This document shows, one piece after another, positions 40,201-51,200 of a stretch of DNA of 64,000 bases (its first letter is position 1; the number at the start of each line of letters is the position of its first letter). This DNA comes from Lingula anatina (Eukaryota; Animalia; Brachiopoda): positions 9,982,001-10,046,000 of the forward strand of contig CM120643.1 of NCBI GenBank assembly GCA_051362555.1, written 5' to 3'. The position numbers were made by a program, and so were the translations under genes. A model generated the notes under the pieces. The model had not been told where the DNA came from, made no database searches, and saw only the letters and a program-made list of their open reading frames with translations.

Positions 40201-43200
40201 TGAAATGTTTATATATAAAAGATATATAATTTGAAATGGAAAGTAGAGTGGCTAAGTTTCTTTTCTTCCCCTCTGTCTGTCTCTGTCTCTCTCCCTCTCT
40301 CTCTCTCTCTCTTTTGCATTTGAGGCACTTACTTCTTTAAGCTTCACTACTTTTTTTTAATATGCTTAAGCCATCCAGAACAATTCCTATACTATTTTCT
40401 TATTTCCCAAAGATAGATACCAACTCTTTTTCTAAATTGTAGAAAATTCCAATCAGCCAGTGTGCAGCATCGAGGACTTCCGTGCAGCTCTTGGAGTGTC
40501 CTGCGATGTGGCTTTGGTGATAGCCAACATCATAGGGTTTGGTCTGCTTATCATGCTGCTGATCGTGGTGTTCTCTATCATTAAAAGAAGGTAAAGATAG
40601 ATTTACTCTACTGGTTTGAATGTGTTGTTTTGTGGAATTTAGAATGTGGTAGTTGAGCTTAATATTGTAGAATTTGTTAGTTGAGCTTAACATTGTGATT
40701 TGCAACGGTGTCTTGTGATATTCTTTATTGGCATGCTTTTGGGTGTCAGATTATTGTGAGCAATGTTGGTATTAGTTGGTTTGATCTGTTGAGAATGTAA
40801 AATTTGAATGTGAGATGTGGTAGCTACCACTAAGTGTGAGATGTGGTTCTAGTTGGAATGTCAGATTGGTGTTTTGTTTTTTTAGTGTTTTCATGCAGAT
40901 TCTTATCATATTGCAAGCTTTGTTTTGCAAATAGATTTCCTTCTAAAATAATCACAAATGTATGGCTCTCGGTTACATATTTTGATAGAAAAAGGGTCCA
41001 TTTAATTCACTTGAATTAATTTGTCTTATAGTTGTTGGTGCTTACATTTTAGATATGACCTGAAATTCCGCCGTACCAGGGAGAGGATGGAGGAGCTGGG
41101 TCTGCTCTCGGACACCCTGAATTGGTTGTCCCTGGATGAGTGGGAGCTCCCCAGAGACAAGGTTGTGCTGAATCGCAAGCTCGGGGAGGGAGCATTTGGA
41201 ACAGTGTATGGTGGAGAATCCTTCATAGATGACAGCTGGGTAGCAGTGGCAGTGAAGACGCTGAAAATTGGCTCATCTGTGGAGGAGAAGGTGAGTTAGG
41301 GAGGTTATTTGACCTGGGCTCCGTATCTCGAAAGGTTCGCTATGTTGTGCACGTTAGCAAGTGTCTCGATTCCATGGCCCCGTATCTCGAAATAGAATCA
41401 GTTATGGAATCGAGACACTAACGCACGTGCGCAACATAGCGAACCTTTCGAGATACGGAGCCCAGGGCACCGAGAATGAGATCAAGTCATTATCAATATA
41501 TTTATGGTGCGGTTTCGCTTGCAATATCCATAAGTGCATTTCAATAAAAAATGTGATAAATTCCACTGTTTCTCAAAAAAAAAAAAAAAGTCTATGTATT
41601 ACCTTCAAAACATATTAGATTTTTTTTATGCCACAGTTTTCAGGTGTTTTCATTGGGATTTTTGAGCTGACTGCACCTCATATTTAACAAGTTTATAACA
41701 ATCAATACGCCTGAAAATCTGTAGTATAAAACCTAAACAGAAGAACAAGCGTGAGGCATAAAGGGCCCTCTATATTTCAGCTTGATTTCTTAAGTGAAGC
41801 AGAGACGATGAAGAGGTTCAACCATGATAACATTGTCAGGCTGTTAGGTGTCTGCACCAGGGGAGAGCCAGCCTACGCTGTCATGGAATTCATGTTATAT
41901 GGTAATACAGAGAGAGAGAGAGAGAGGAGGGGGGCTGACAGGGCTTTATTTATCATGTGAAAAAAATCTTTGATTCAAGTTTGCATTGTGTTTTCAAAAA
42001 TTTGTAAAATGCCATTTTTATGAAAAAATGTTTAAACTGGATTTATTTGTGCTTATGTAACTTGAATAAAGTGGTACAATATGTTGGATTTTAAGATAAA
42101 TATTAAGGGTTTGAGATGTAGTCAGATGGAAGCAATTGACTTCAAACAAATCACATATCAAACATAAGTTTTTTTTCCGAGGAATCATGGAATTTCTTGT
42201 TTTTACATGACCTCAGAGGATATAAAACCCAAAGGCTAGGTGTTTGGTCTCATGTTAAATGTTCAGAGGTTTTCTTTTTATTTTGATAAACCTAGGCTCA
42301 TGTCTGAGATATCTTTTCAAACAATATTTTATGTTTCAGGTGACCTGAAGACATATCTCTTAGCTAGACGACAGCTGGTCGGCAAGACAACCCCAGAGGC
42401 GGAGGATGTGTCCGCGATCAGGCTGACCGCCATGGCTCTGGACGTGGCACATGGACTCCATTACTTGAGCTCCCTGCATTTTGTACACAGGTCAGGGTTT
42501 TTTTTTTTTTTTTTCTATTTCTCCAGGTGCTGGAAGGGGTATAGCTACTCCTAGGCCTGGAATTCCTTCGATTTTAGAAGATTTTGTTTTCACCCTACCT
42601 CTATTCATGTTTGGTAATTCATCAGATTCCTTGATTTCAAGTTATATCATTCCTAACCTAAGCGCAGCTCTGATCAAGCCCTAAGAAAGAAAAACTTTTT
42701 GAAACAGTTTATTCTGTTTTAGCTCTTAAGAATCCTTAAATAACTGAAGTCATTCTCCAGATTTTTAAGTGTCAGTAATGTTGCCTCTCTCTTATTCCCT
42801 GTTATACATAGTTGAATGTGTAGTACTGTATAGACATTGTTATGTCTACATATTCTTATCCTCCAACTAAGAATTAATAAGATTTTTGTCCTGGTCCATT
42901 CGCTAATTAATTAATAATGAAAACTGGGCTGTTTTGAAGGAGGTTTGCCCTCTCTAAGTGCTTATTACTTGACTTATTTTGAATTAATATGAACTTTTAT
43001 TATTTATGAAAATCTTTTTTTTTTTAATCTTCTTACAGAGATCTTGCCTGTAGGAACTGTTTGGTTCACATGAGTAAGACAGTAAAGATAGGTGACTTTG
43101 GGATGACCAGACCTATCTTTGACCATGACTACTACAGGTTTAACAAGAAAGGTATGATTTCAATGAAGATTTTATGAACCATTTGCTGTACTTCACAAAA

Positions 43201-44957
43201 TTGTGTCATTTTAATTCTTTTTTTACCAAAGCTTATTAAAACTTGGTTACTTACTTTACTTGTGGTTTAACAAACTGAGCCCATAAAAGATATGGTGTTT
43301 GTTGGTCCTTGTGCTAAATTCATGTGACACCAGTTTTCTTAACTTTACAGAAGTTAAATAAAAGATTACCAAAAGGAAAATAATATATATACATATATTG
43401 AGGTTTTTCAATTAATGGCTTGAGGAGCAATCCTGATACTTCAATAATATTTCATCTACTCGCTGTCAGAAGAAAAGAACTTCTGATTTCATAGCTTATT
43501 TAATAATTGTTTCTATAAATTTATAATCAATCAAGTGATCTCTATGATAATATGATAAAAGTAAACTTATTTTCACTGTATAGGTATGCTGCCAGTGAGA
43601 TGGATGTCTCCAGAGAGCCTCACAGATGGGAAATTCACATATAAATCTGATATCTGGAGTTTTGCCATCTTGTTGTACGAGATCGTCACGTTTGGCAGCT
43701 TTCCATATCAGGGTTTGACCAATAATCAGGTTTTGGAGTTTGTGAAGAACGGAAATACGCTGGAGCTTTCAGACCAAGCGTCCCCCAAACTGTAAGTAAA
43801 TTTTAAGCGTCCAAAAGTTGAATTTCGTGAATAAGGAAGGTGTGACCTGATGTTGGTGCTTTCAAACCATATAAACTAACCCCAAGCCACATGAATTTAC
43901 TGGGTAGTTTTAAAACATCTAGATGACACGTAATATAAATGTATCAAATGTGATTCATTTTGATTATCTTTAATGCACCTAAAAAGCCCTTATTTTTTAT
44001 GAAAGTATTAAAATCATCTTTAAGTATCTTGTTTTCTTTCATCCTATGGGGTGTTGTTATTTAAAGGGAAGGTAGGCAAATTATTTGTGTGTGTGTGGGG
44101 GGGGGGGGGGATTTTGGGATCAGTCATCATCTCTGATTAGTCTTTATTAATGTTACTTTAATGTTTAATAAAGCCTTTTTGTCAAAAATGAGTTAGAAAA
44201 TGTCTAAACACTGTTGAGAAAAGTGTAAATTGTGAAATTGTATTGTCAAATTGTGTTTTATCGAAACATTTCACACAAATTTTGACATTCTTCAAAACAA
44301 AAGTATGTAATTGGTTTCTTACTTTATTACAGGAAATTATTACTGAAAGCCTGTTGGGAGTATGAACAAAGCAAGAGGCCAGACACCTTGGACATTATTG
44401 GTATACTTGAGGCCAATCCTACGCTCATAACTCCGATTTTAGATGCTCCATTGTCAGCTGTCATAACGGAGGAGTCCAAATCACTCAATATCAATATTCC
44501 AGTCAAAAGTAAATTCGGTGGCATGGCCCGAAGACGGCAAATGCTACGCCAAAGCAGCTCCGTCTCTCACGACGGAAGACTGTTGTCGTTTAATGGCGAT
44601 GTTGAACCACATTCGCCAAACGAGCCCTCCTCTCCTGCTGTTAGAGGGGATCGCGTGCGGCATGCAACCGGGGAGACAGTGTTCATCTTTCCTCACAATT
44701 CGGAACACTCGAACCTTGAAAACTTCCATCTGAGTAACAGCAACAAGAGTATGCAGAGTTTGAAACTGGCGTGCAGCGACAGGGGCAGCGTGCCTAACGG
44801 GCTCGTGTGTCACCAGGACTCCATGGTCGCAGTTGGAGACTCCTCAAATAACATGATCCAGTTGAGTGCACACAGACACTCCCTGGAGGAGAAGGGGGAC
44901 AGTGATTACTGCAGTGACAATTCCAAGGAGATGTGGAATCACGTCAGTCAAGTATGA
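24219..44957 (+). CDS. vkr: Venus Kinase Receptor, 19 coding exons, 1331 aa (signal peptide - type II PBP-like domain - Venus flytrap - TM - InsR-like tyrosine kinase)
   Basis: Exons: 24219-24297, 24573-24780, 25132-25263, 25546-25823, 27365-27898, 28616-28777, 29483-29636, 30667-30823, 31375-31473, 38710-38949, 39373-39506, 39936-40150, 40443-40590, 41053-41290, 41781-41901, 42340-42490, 43039-43151, 43584-43791, 44333-44957. All introns are GT-AG, all phases are compatible, and the total is 3996 nt. VFT motifs: [34 protein letters not shown]. Kinase motifs: [41 protein letters not shown] plus RTK combination defines VKR. Confidence 0.93.
24573..24780 (+). CDS. vkr: VKR exon 2 (DPKRHLYY...[23 protein letters not shown]...CVDS)
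   Basis: ttttcag acceptor, gtgagt donor, open in phase 1->2. Confidence 0.88.
25132..25263 (+). CDS. vkr: VKR exon 3 ([17 protein letters not shown]...GPLGPVGR)
   Basis: ttcccag acceptor, gtacgt donor, phase 2->2. Confidence 0.88.
25546..25823 (+). CDS. vkr: VKR exon 4 (YGWYLP...DHWRAL...Cys-rich insert)
   Basis: tttccag acceptor, gtatgt donor, phase 2->1. Confidence 0.88.
26296..26396. mobile_element. 101-bp CCC...GGG MITE with TCCTATAGGA subterminal repeats, TA flanks
   Basis: ACGAAAAAGTCCTATAGGA / TCCTATAGGACTTTTTCGT. Confidence 0.7.
27365..27898 (+). CDS. vkr: VKR exon 5 (end of PBP-II-like domain, start of [11 protein letters not shown])
   Basis: Lies within ORF 27346-27909; tttcag acceptor, gtaagc donor, phase 1->1. 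Confidence 0.92.
28616..28777 (+). CDS. vkr: VKR exon 6 (VFT: [26 protein letters not shown])
   Basis: ttttcag acceptor, gtgagt donor; class C GPCR/ANF-receptor VFT motifs. Confidence 0.92.
29483..29636 (+). CDS. vkr: VKR exon 7 (VFT: [23 protein letters not shown])
   Basis: tttcag acceptor, gtaggg donor, phase 1->2. Confidence 0.92.
29658..30234. mobile_element. Train of three MITEs (A 29658-29871, B 29875-30050, B 30054-30234), each bounded by TTA
   Basis: TTA at 29655-57, 29872-74, 30051-53 and 30235-37; each unit has its own TIRs. Confidence 0.82.
30667..30823 (+). CDS. vkr: VKR exon 8 ([18 protein letters not shown]...)
   Basis: tttcag acceptor, gtaagt donor, phase 2->0. Confidence 0.9.
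30841..31014. mobile_element. MITE with TIR CTGGKGTAGCGCTA and AGAAT TSD
   Basis: AGAAT directly flanks both ends; starts 17 nt after exon 8. Confidence 0.75.
31375..31473 (+). CDS. vkr: VKR exon 9 ([33 protein letters not shown])
   Basis: GABA-B-like RIII..FY...CEAY motif; tttcag acceptor, gtagga donor, phase 0->0. Confidence 0.9.
31678..31858. mobile_element. Family B MITE
   Basis: Shares ACTAGTCCGAGGGTCAAATATGG and its core with 29875-30050. Confidence 0.7.
32981..33097 (-). repeat. 3' LTR (117 bp)
   Basis: Identical to 37558-37674; adjacent PPT AAAGAGGGAGA on the minus strand (33098-33108). Confidence 0.96.
33474..35852 (-). CDS. Retrotransposon pol continuation (RT core, RNase H, integrase)
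   Basis: GFLQIQL..TTFNTP.GRY..RLPFG; IMDD; CDAS..GLGAVL; YAQIEKE; TDHKPL; HESH..CTKC; SDNGPQF; NGEAER; C-terminal TRSGR..KPP.RL. Confidence 0.93.
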   Translation of the reverse strand, partial: GFLQIQLDEQSSFLTTFNTPIGRYRWLRLPFGIKSAPEIFQRIMDEMLEGIEGATAIMDDILIAGTDREHHDSIFKKVIQRATEYNLKLNFDKCQVRQPKVQYVGHILTAEGLSPDPEKVRAITEMTPPTDKDGIRRILGLVQYLAKFIPNLSQVDAPLRALLKNDVSFKWEHEQQASFEELKHLCSTPPVLAYYDVNKPVEIQCDASRSGLGAVLIQDGRPIAYTSRSLTDVEMRYAQIEKEMLAIVHGAIKFHCYIFGKETTVYTDHKPLESIYKKPLLSAPMRLQKMLLRLQWYNLNVVYRKGKDMVVADTLSRAYLPDTSSDVTGLDDLCLIDMISVSSERYSDIRTRTQRELQPLYNTIVQGWPDTRRETPYEIRNFWDSRDQLSVFDGVIYKGLRIVIPPSLQKYMLSLIHESHLGVVKCKQRAREVMFWPGMNMEIENMVRDCTKCSEYQNRLPPEPLKPTVPPDLPYTEVGCDIFDFGAKKYLLLIDYYSKYIDVVELNAATTTATINAMKYVFSCHGIPLKIRSDNGPQFSSCEFKQFCKVYDIEHMTSSPQYPGSNGEAERAIQIVKKMWKKCDDKYLALLNYRTTPLEGINLSPSQLLMGRRPRNTLPAARNLLKPQAYNQREVKRHFSQEKLKQKYYYDQRKGAKELKAFSPGEHVRMQPHPGSKTWAPAIVVKRHTHPRSYIVEGNDRVYRRNRQHLRSSTEKAHHYNPNFVDLEPCDEPLHSPIKDQHIVPEETVTPTRDIVKDQCKTPTKTVTPAINTPRIVTRSGRVVKPPDRLNL
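35830..37470 (-). CDS. Retrotransposon gag-protease-RT(N-terminal) ORF
   Basis: Starts MAYAFEQ; zinc knuckles CGQC..H..C and [14 protein letters not shown]; protease IDTGA; RT start WVSSMVV..RICIDP..LN; ends just after LDA through a frameshift. Confidence 0.9.
   Translation of the reverse strand: MAYAFEQPSFDWESKNLYLEFTRFRQHAELVFKGPLSQTDDKIRAGWLGMWIGKQGREIYKTFTWEEDEEDKPEAIFGKLENYVRPRKNKRAQRFNLQKRKQEEGETFDNFVKDIRLILMDCEYQDAEDILIDCIIRGVYYPRVQEKLLEKGERLTLAQALEIGRQYESSQQQMKILRPEVEVSAINHKSHKSKESHASRNPSQASKRQEHVPWKQKNKKCGQCGLDIATAHRNNTCPAKGTKCRYCKRLDHWYSVCRKRKAKAVHTLQESDNDVYYDDSVSEDSNNDPLYIHTTEVDDENVDSVSAAEDKWIVTLDVQDKPLKFRIDTGAKCNILVKADYEKLSLHKNLNQTTKVLRSYSNHKIRPIGKAQLSVAYNTTQLPVDFEVVDIDQENVINGEVSEKLGLLHRVRVNKVNSVDDFTELAKNTGTLPGKHTIKIDPTAKGVIHPARRQPASLRPRIVEKLQEMESDGFITRVHEPTEWVSSMVVSLRNDKVRICIDPCDLNNAIKREHHPLKTIEEVVASIPKATVFSVLDATGIFADTA
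37545..37557 (-). promoter_or_regulatory. Primer-binding site TGGTGTCAGAAGT (tRNA-Leu(CAA)-type)
   Basis: Abuts the 5' LTR; complementary to ...ACTTCTGACACCA, the 3' end of metazoan tRNA-Leu(CAA). Confidence 0.85.
37558..37674 (-). repeat. 5' LTR (117 bp)
   Basis: Identical to 32981-33097. Confidence 0.96.
38710..38949 (+). CDS. vkr: VKR exon 10 ([21 protein letters not shown]...)
   Basis: ttcaag acceptor, gttagt donor, phase 0->0; GABA-B-like W(F/I)..G...WW motif. Confidence 0.9.
39373..39506 (+). CDS. vkr: VKR exon 11 (…[15 protein letters not shown]…)
   Basis: YDAVW VFT motif; atccag acceptor, gtaagt donor. Confidence 0.92.
39936..40150 (+). CDS. vkr: VKR exon 12 (…[15 protein letters not shown]…WPGGKIPDG)
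   Basis: ttttaag acceptor, gtagaa donor, phase 2->1. Confidence 0.9.
40443..40590 (+). CDS. vkr: VKR exon 13, transmembrane helix [24 protein letters not shown] followed by KRR
   Basis: 24-residue hydrophobic stretch with basic stop-transfer; ttgtag acceptor, gtaaag donor. Confidence 0.9.
41053..41290 (+). CDS. vkr: VKR exon 14 (juxtamembrane, [14 protein letters not shown])
   Basis: Kinase subdomains I-II; ttttag acceptor, gtgagt donor. Confidence 0.95.
41317..41462. mobile_element. 146-bp palindromic MITE related to 1035-1171, CTG/CAG flanks
   Basis: TIR GGCTCCGTATCTCGAAAGGTTCGCTATGTTG; shares internal GTTATGGAATCGAGA with 1035-1171. Confidence 0.8.
41781..41901 (+). CDS. vkr: VKR exon 15 ([25 protein letters not shown])
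   Basis: Kinase subdomains III-V. Confidence 0.95.
42340..42490 (+). CDS. vkr: VKR exon 16 ([11 protein letters not shown]...HFVHR)
   Basis: Kinase subdomain VIa. Confidence 0.95.
43039..43151 (+). CDS. vkr: VKR exon 17 ([32 protein letters not shown])
   Basis: Catalytic loop and DFG; activation-loop YY. Confidence 0.95.
43584..43791 (+). CDS. vkr: VKR exon 18 ([20 protein letters not shown])
   Basis: Kinase subdomains VIII-X. Confidence 0.95.
44333..44957 (+). CDS. vkr: VKR exon 19 (CW....RP, Ser-rich tail, ends VSQV*)
   Basis: ttacag acceptor in phase 2; stop TGA at 44955-44957. Confidence 0.92.
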
Positions 44958-47900
44958 CGGGGCGCCTCTCCCCTTGGCCTGCCGACCAGGACGCGGGAGG
45001 AACAGGTGACCGCTGCTTCGGCAGTGGCGCAAAACGGAGACGGGACGATGTCCTCTACATCGGGGACAGAGCCACGTCCCAAGGCCTGGGCGGTTTCCAT
45101 AAACAAACTTCCAGTTTGTAGTCAAGGGGAGAGCTTTGTATGAAGACTTAATACTTTCAAACAACTTCTGTATTCTGTATGTAAATAGAAATATGTGTAA
45201 ATAGAAATATACACATGGACCTTATAAAGGTTGAAGGTTGTGAAACTTAGTAGAGACAAGGTGATGATTTGACTTACTGACTGGCCAATGTTTATAGCAT
45301 TGAAATAGGCCAGTGCTTTGTAAGTTGACCTTTTAAGCAGCATCAAAGTGGGTGGAATTGAAAGAGGTCAAGGTCATACAAGGCAGTGAAGGTCCAGATG
45401 GATGTGCTCATGTTTGAGTTGCATGGCCTACATTTTTTAATGAAGTTTGAGGGACATGCTTTTGAACTTTGGGAATATGTCATATATTCCACTAACATCA
45501 AAGTTTTTATATCTCCAAGACCATAAGAATACAGGTCAGTAAATCCACAATGAAGTGTAGGTCGACATTATACATGTTTTTAGTATTAACCTAAGTGGTA
45601 ATTGTAAATAATTTAACATTTTGTACAAGACTAATAGAAACTGTTAGCTGAATAAGTGTTTCTGTTATGATTTCTGCTGTTTGGTCTACAGGCAGCCCTT
45701 AGTCAATGAGTCATGACCTTGAATAAATATGTCAAGGTCAACAAGTTTTGAACTTGAATTCATGAGTGAAGGTCACCAAGTATTGACCTTGACACTGAAG
45801 TTACCTCATTATTTATGCACAGGCCTTGTTCTAGACAATGCAACTTGATTGATACAAAAGTGACCTCCATTGCCAGGTGGTACGTTAATGGCTGGATCCT
45901 TTCAACCTGGAAAAATTTTCAACTTTTCAGATGCACATAATTTTTGAATTATTAAAAATAAACTTTTTTTTAGCATTTTGGTGCTTTTACTGCATAGTAT
46001 AGAACTATCAGGTAGCCTGCTTTTCAATTGTCTAATTTGAAGAATTTATTGCTTTAAAAATACTGTGTCTATTAATTTCCAGTTTGAAATGATCTAGCCC
46101 CTACCGTATGTTATACTGTGATTGATATTGGAGGAAAGCTGACTGTTGTAATATGTATGTGGTTGCATTTGGTTGATGACTCCTGTGTTTTGTGACTGTA
46201 AAAAGCATCGTGATTATACATATATGATATGAGATGGGTAAATGGGCAAGGCTCAAAATGTTGATAACTTTCTCTGTTTTGTAAAACACTGAGGTAATGT
46301 ATTTGACATTGAGAGGCTTGAATGTGTCCAAAATATGTTTTTTTCCTTTTGGTCATAAAAGTTGTTATCTTTAAGGGCTGTTTAGAAAGTCATATACATT
46401 TACGTTGTAATTTTATTTTTTCCAAGAGCAATTACTGGAGGAGCACTTTAATTTTTTGTTGTTAAATTTAGAACACAGTCTTAATTTTCCAGCATACCCT
46501 ACATGTATTAATATGTTAATGTGCAAGTGCATTTTATTTTCTTTTATTTTGGTTGCTAAGCAACTGTTGTTTAGTTAGGGCACCTTTGTCTCAAAGCACT
46601 TCTGCTTTAAAGAAACCCCAGACATGTTTTTATTTATTTATTTGTTATTGTAGAATGGATTGCTGTTTTACCATAACCTATTTCACACCAATTAACCAAG
46701 TTTTTAAGAATTAGTTTTCAATGAATTGGTCAGTCACTTTAATTTGCACTTTAATTTGTTTCATGCAATACCTCATTTATCTGCTATTTTAGCATGGGTA
46801 TAAATACTCTGGCTAAGTGTACCTGGTCTTTTTTAATCTTTAACCCAATTCAGTCAAAACTCATTTTGACATAGTTGCAGGAAAGCCATTTACCATTTTT
46901 GCTGCTTCTACACTTTTTTGACTATCGATTTCCTTGGTATTTATGTGTTGAACACATCTTCTGGTGATATATGATAAACAGCAGAACCTCACACCAATCT
47001 TGTCTTGTTTTGGCAACTCAAAGTTGAAATTTAGATGTTAACTGTAAGGTATGTGTAGTGTGTTGTGCTGTCTCATAGTAAAGTGTCTTTCTTGCTTTTT
47101 TTTCTCCTTTTTTAGACTCGTGGTAACAGAATTGTAGTTGTTTGAATGAACGAGAATGTTAGTGGTTGTTTTATCACACAATGTTTTATTGACAAGTAAA
47201 GTTTTCTTTTAAGTTCCAAGTCAGTTGTCAAACCATTGAGTTACCTTCTTTTGCATAATATTTGCAAACTACTAGAATAAGCATGATAGTAAATCAAAAC
47301 CTTTTTGTGTGTGTGAGTCATGAAAACAACTGTTAGCTGTTTGTAGTCTTATCTGCCAAAGCGAGAATTTTGTCAATGATTAAATGCTCAGAAATCCTTA
47401 AGTGAAGATATTAAAGGTTATAATCATTATCAAAAAAAATTCATAGTAAAGAATGGACCATCTGGACGATTCTTCTTACTACATCTTTTATTGTGTGAAA
47501 GTTTTCAGGATTTAAAGTTTCCCTTTTGATGTCAAATTTGATCTTGGATATACTTTTTGGTGTTTATAGGTGATTGTAAAATTGTAAAGCTTTTAATGTT
47601 TTTTTAAGTGTTTTGGAGTAATTAACCTGTTCGAGAGCAATGGCCATGGTGGTGCCACCAACCTTGTCGGGTCATTGACCTTGTTGGGGTCATTGACCTT
47701 AATACTGAAGGTCACCAAGTTCGATTTACTGGTCATCCCCATCATCATCATCATGTGTCAGGCCTGATGCAGGAACTCTAGTTTACTCTTTTCAGTAGAT
47801 TGGATGAGCTCGTTATTGTGCAGTTGTTGATTTGTTGCGAAGGCATTAAGGCTATCAATGTATGATGTTCTTTGTAAGTTGTTTATTTTGTCCAGCTGTG

Positions 47901-48163
47901 TTCACTCTGTTTTAACACCACAGTGACCATGATGTTGTTGAGGTATCTACGAGTCAGTTTTTTTTTTTTTTTTTTTTTTTTTGGTTTATTGCCTTTTTAG
48001 AGTGAGCGACCTTCATAAAGTTACTTACTGTTCTGAGGGTATTTAGTGGTAGCAATGACGGTTTGCAAAGTTTTCACTCAAGTTTCATTGTTGCTATACT
48101 TGTGTCAAGTTTTTGCTTTGGGTTTAAGTTGCAATACCTAATGCACACTTTTGGGGTTTCTAC

Positions 48164-48206
<43 letters not shown>

Positions 48207-48284
48207 TATATATATTTCTACCTTATTCTACTTTTTTTCTGTTTTATTTCTGGGATGAAATGTGTTGTATGTGGAAAAGAAATC

Positions 48285-48290
48285 AATAAA
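48285..48290 (+). terminator. Candidate VKR polyadenylation signal (implies a 3'UTR of about 3.3 kb)
   Basis: AATAAA followed about 40 nt later by a T/GT-rich tract; the T-rich strand skew fades after about 48350. Confidence 0.4.
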
Positions 48291-51200
48291 GATGCCATGA
48301 AGGGTTCAAATGGAGATATGTAAGAAAAGTTACTGTTATGTCTTATTTATTTGAATTGAATTTGAAGATTAGTGTACATACATGTAGCAGCTACTGCCCA
48401 GAGTGTGAAATTCACTACTAACAGTATCACATAACTAAAAATCGATGGTAATTATGTGTTTTTAAAATTGCATCAAAATTGACGAAAAGTAGTACGAGAG
48501 GAAAACTTTGTCACTCACTGTCTATAAACAGTCCTCAAACTGTCAAGAATGATTTTTAGTATTGAAATACGGCTGTAGTTGGAAAAGAAGCCTGCTAAAA
48601 TTATTTCTTACTGAAATATTCTAATGTTAAAATGGAACGTGTGTTACAACTTAATCATAACCAACCAGTGTCTAAGCCTTTACTGAAGATCTATAGTGGA
48701 ATATACACTGTAGCTACAATGAAAATCGGCTCTCAACTTTCCCAATCAACCTTACTAAATGCCAGATTTTGTCACAGTAAATGTATTTGAGTAAAAATCT
48801 GTTTATCTGATTTTATATATTTAATAAATTAATAATTTAATACAATGTTCTATAGCTTATTTTCTGCCTAATTTCAAATAATGCTTGAGAAAAAATGGGC
48901 CTACCTAAATTGCGGAGATCGTACCTTAAAGCGCTGGTATCTTATAAAATCTTTTTACATACCTTCTGCAGGTTCTCTGTCACTTAATATCTTACAGCGA
49001 TTGTCCAAAAAGTCTCTGCAAATATGGTAGTGATACCAGCAACTGTACCTCGAGTCAATGTATATGACTAAGTATGTATGTCTAAGCCAGTAATCTTCCG
49101 TAAGTGTTTAGTGGATATATTTGTAGTACATGTACACGTATTAGGTTTTGACGCATTCTTTATGAGGGATTTTAAGTCACTGGCTAACTTAACTGTATCG
49201 GTCAAGGGCCCACAAAAAATTGATTTTATCAATTAGTCTGCTGGCCCATGTAGATCCGCTATTCTTCGAAAATGATTTCCACAGCACCCCCTCAGTCAAA
49301 ATGTGCCAAACCTGTTGTAATTTGCATAAGAATAGGTCGATCGGCGAAGTGCTCACTACTCGTATATCTTCTTGGCTGGTCACTTGGCAGCTGCACACCG
49401 TAAGGACAGGACGCTGATATGTGCGACGAAGGCGAAGAACTGGACATTTCACCCAGCTTTGAAAATTGTAACAAATTTGTCATGTGAGTAAAATTTCTTC
49501 ATGGTTTTTACGATTTCAAACTACCAGGCACCTGTAGTAAGATCTTAATGTATAATACGCGTTCTAAACTTCTAGGTTGCAATTGTCTGGTTAGTTAAAC
49601 CGATTTGAGAAAAGTTGCATAGAAGTATCTCTAAAAATCATGAAAACCACGTCTTGCCAGTAGACACAAATAATATGAAGAAAGTTATATTAGATAGTTT
49701 GCTTTCTGGTGCCCAAATGCTGTCAATTCAATGTCAGTCAATATACGTAATTGGGTCACCTGAACACATTTTGTATTTCAAACACTTCTATAGTACATGT
49801 ACTTGGTGAGCCCCCTCAGATGCTGCCAGCAACTGATCAGTATAACATTTCAGTTCGTTTTATTTTGAAAAGATTTTCATTTTTGCAATTGAAACGTAAT
49901 CGAGAGAGAACTATTTAAGTTTACGCGACGACATGAAAATTCTTGATATCCAAAGGATAATTTCCATGATTTTATAGTGACCCCATAGTTCATTTTACAA
50001 ATAATAGATTTAGTCTGTTATACCATTTACCCAAAAATTGCTGTTCATGAGAAAACTGAAATATGTATCAGATCATTAGCCTTCTGGGCTCTAAAGCTTT
50101 GACTTTATTCTTTGCCTTTGCATTGGTCGCGCTTTCCACTTGTATTGGTAGCATTTATTTCTTGCCATTCTTCTCATAATGAAATACCGAAAAGTTTTGA
50201 ATCTTGAAAACAAACCCTTTTTACTCGATTTTTCAAGTTTGATGTTCAATTAGCCTCAGTGTGATTTTTTTCAGCATGAGCACAAGTCTGTCCATTTTCA
50301 GTTATATGTAACCGAAACTTCATTCAAATAAAATATGGTATTACACGTATATCAATATGGTAAACTAACTGTTATTTTTTATGTTTCAGAACTGCCAACG
50401 CCTTTGTCGAGATCCTGCAGAGTGCCCTTGCTTCTGACTAAAGTTTCCCTCGTCTTCGGGTCGGATTTTAAAACCTGCCACAGATCCATTTTCACCGCAG
50501 ATGCTCTTTGTTGAAAACTGTAGCCTACGTTCTCTCTCTGTGATTTTCAAAACTTTAAAATATATATATATTATGCGCTCACATTATAAGCATCGCACAC
50601 GACACATGTTGAAAATTGTACATGCTTTCTCTATGATTTTCTACACATTTTAGGCCTGCATATTAGATTGTAACATGTTAAATTGTTGTACAAAGACCGA
50701 TCCTGTTCTCTTTTTTTAATTTTTAATTAATCTCATGAATCAATTCTTTTTGTTTTCAAATGATACCCTATGGAGCGATCATGATTTTTTTAAATTATTC
50801 CTTGGGACATCCTCGGATGTATACATATACATATGATTTTATTTAAAACCCATCCGGTTTCTCTCCAAATTCATCTCATTATGCAATAGTGCAAATATTA
50901 ACTTGTTTAAAGTACCATGATCTGACTTTTTGCAAATCACAACTGTCAAACTTGAGAGTAAAACCGCAATTTTTACAATGTCGGTTAAGATTGTTTATTT
51001 AGTCAATCAGCTTCCTTATCATATCAATATAATTTGAAATATATAAGTCAATTGTTATTGTTAATATTTGACATTTGTGAATGACATATATGAAAATAAA
51101 TGTGCTTTTTTGGGGGGGGGTTGATTTCGATTTAATCTAAAATACAATTAAAGTAAAATTGATATGTACTGGATTATTAGAACCAATACTCTATTTGAAA

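Noticed and set aside
41053-44957. Calling the kinase an insulin receptor or ROS/ALK
   Set aside because: The ectodomain is a VFT rather than L/Cys-rich/FN3, and HRDLACRN plus in-phase splicing to VFT exons indicate VKR
45355-47720. Clusters of AGGTCA/TGACCT nuclear-receptor half-sites in the 3'UTR region
   Set aside because: TGACCTTGA-rich text is typical of decayed repeats in such genomes; no independent evidence of function
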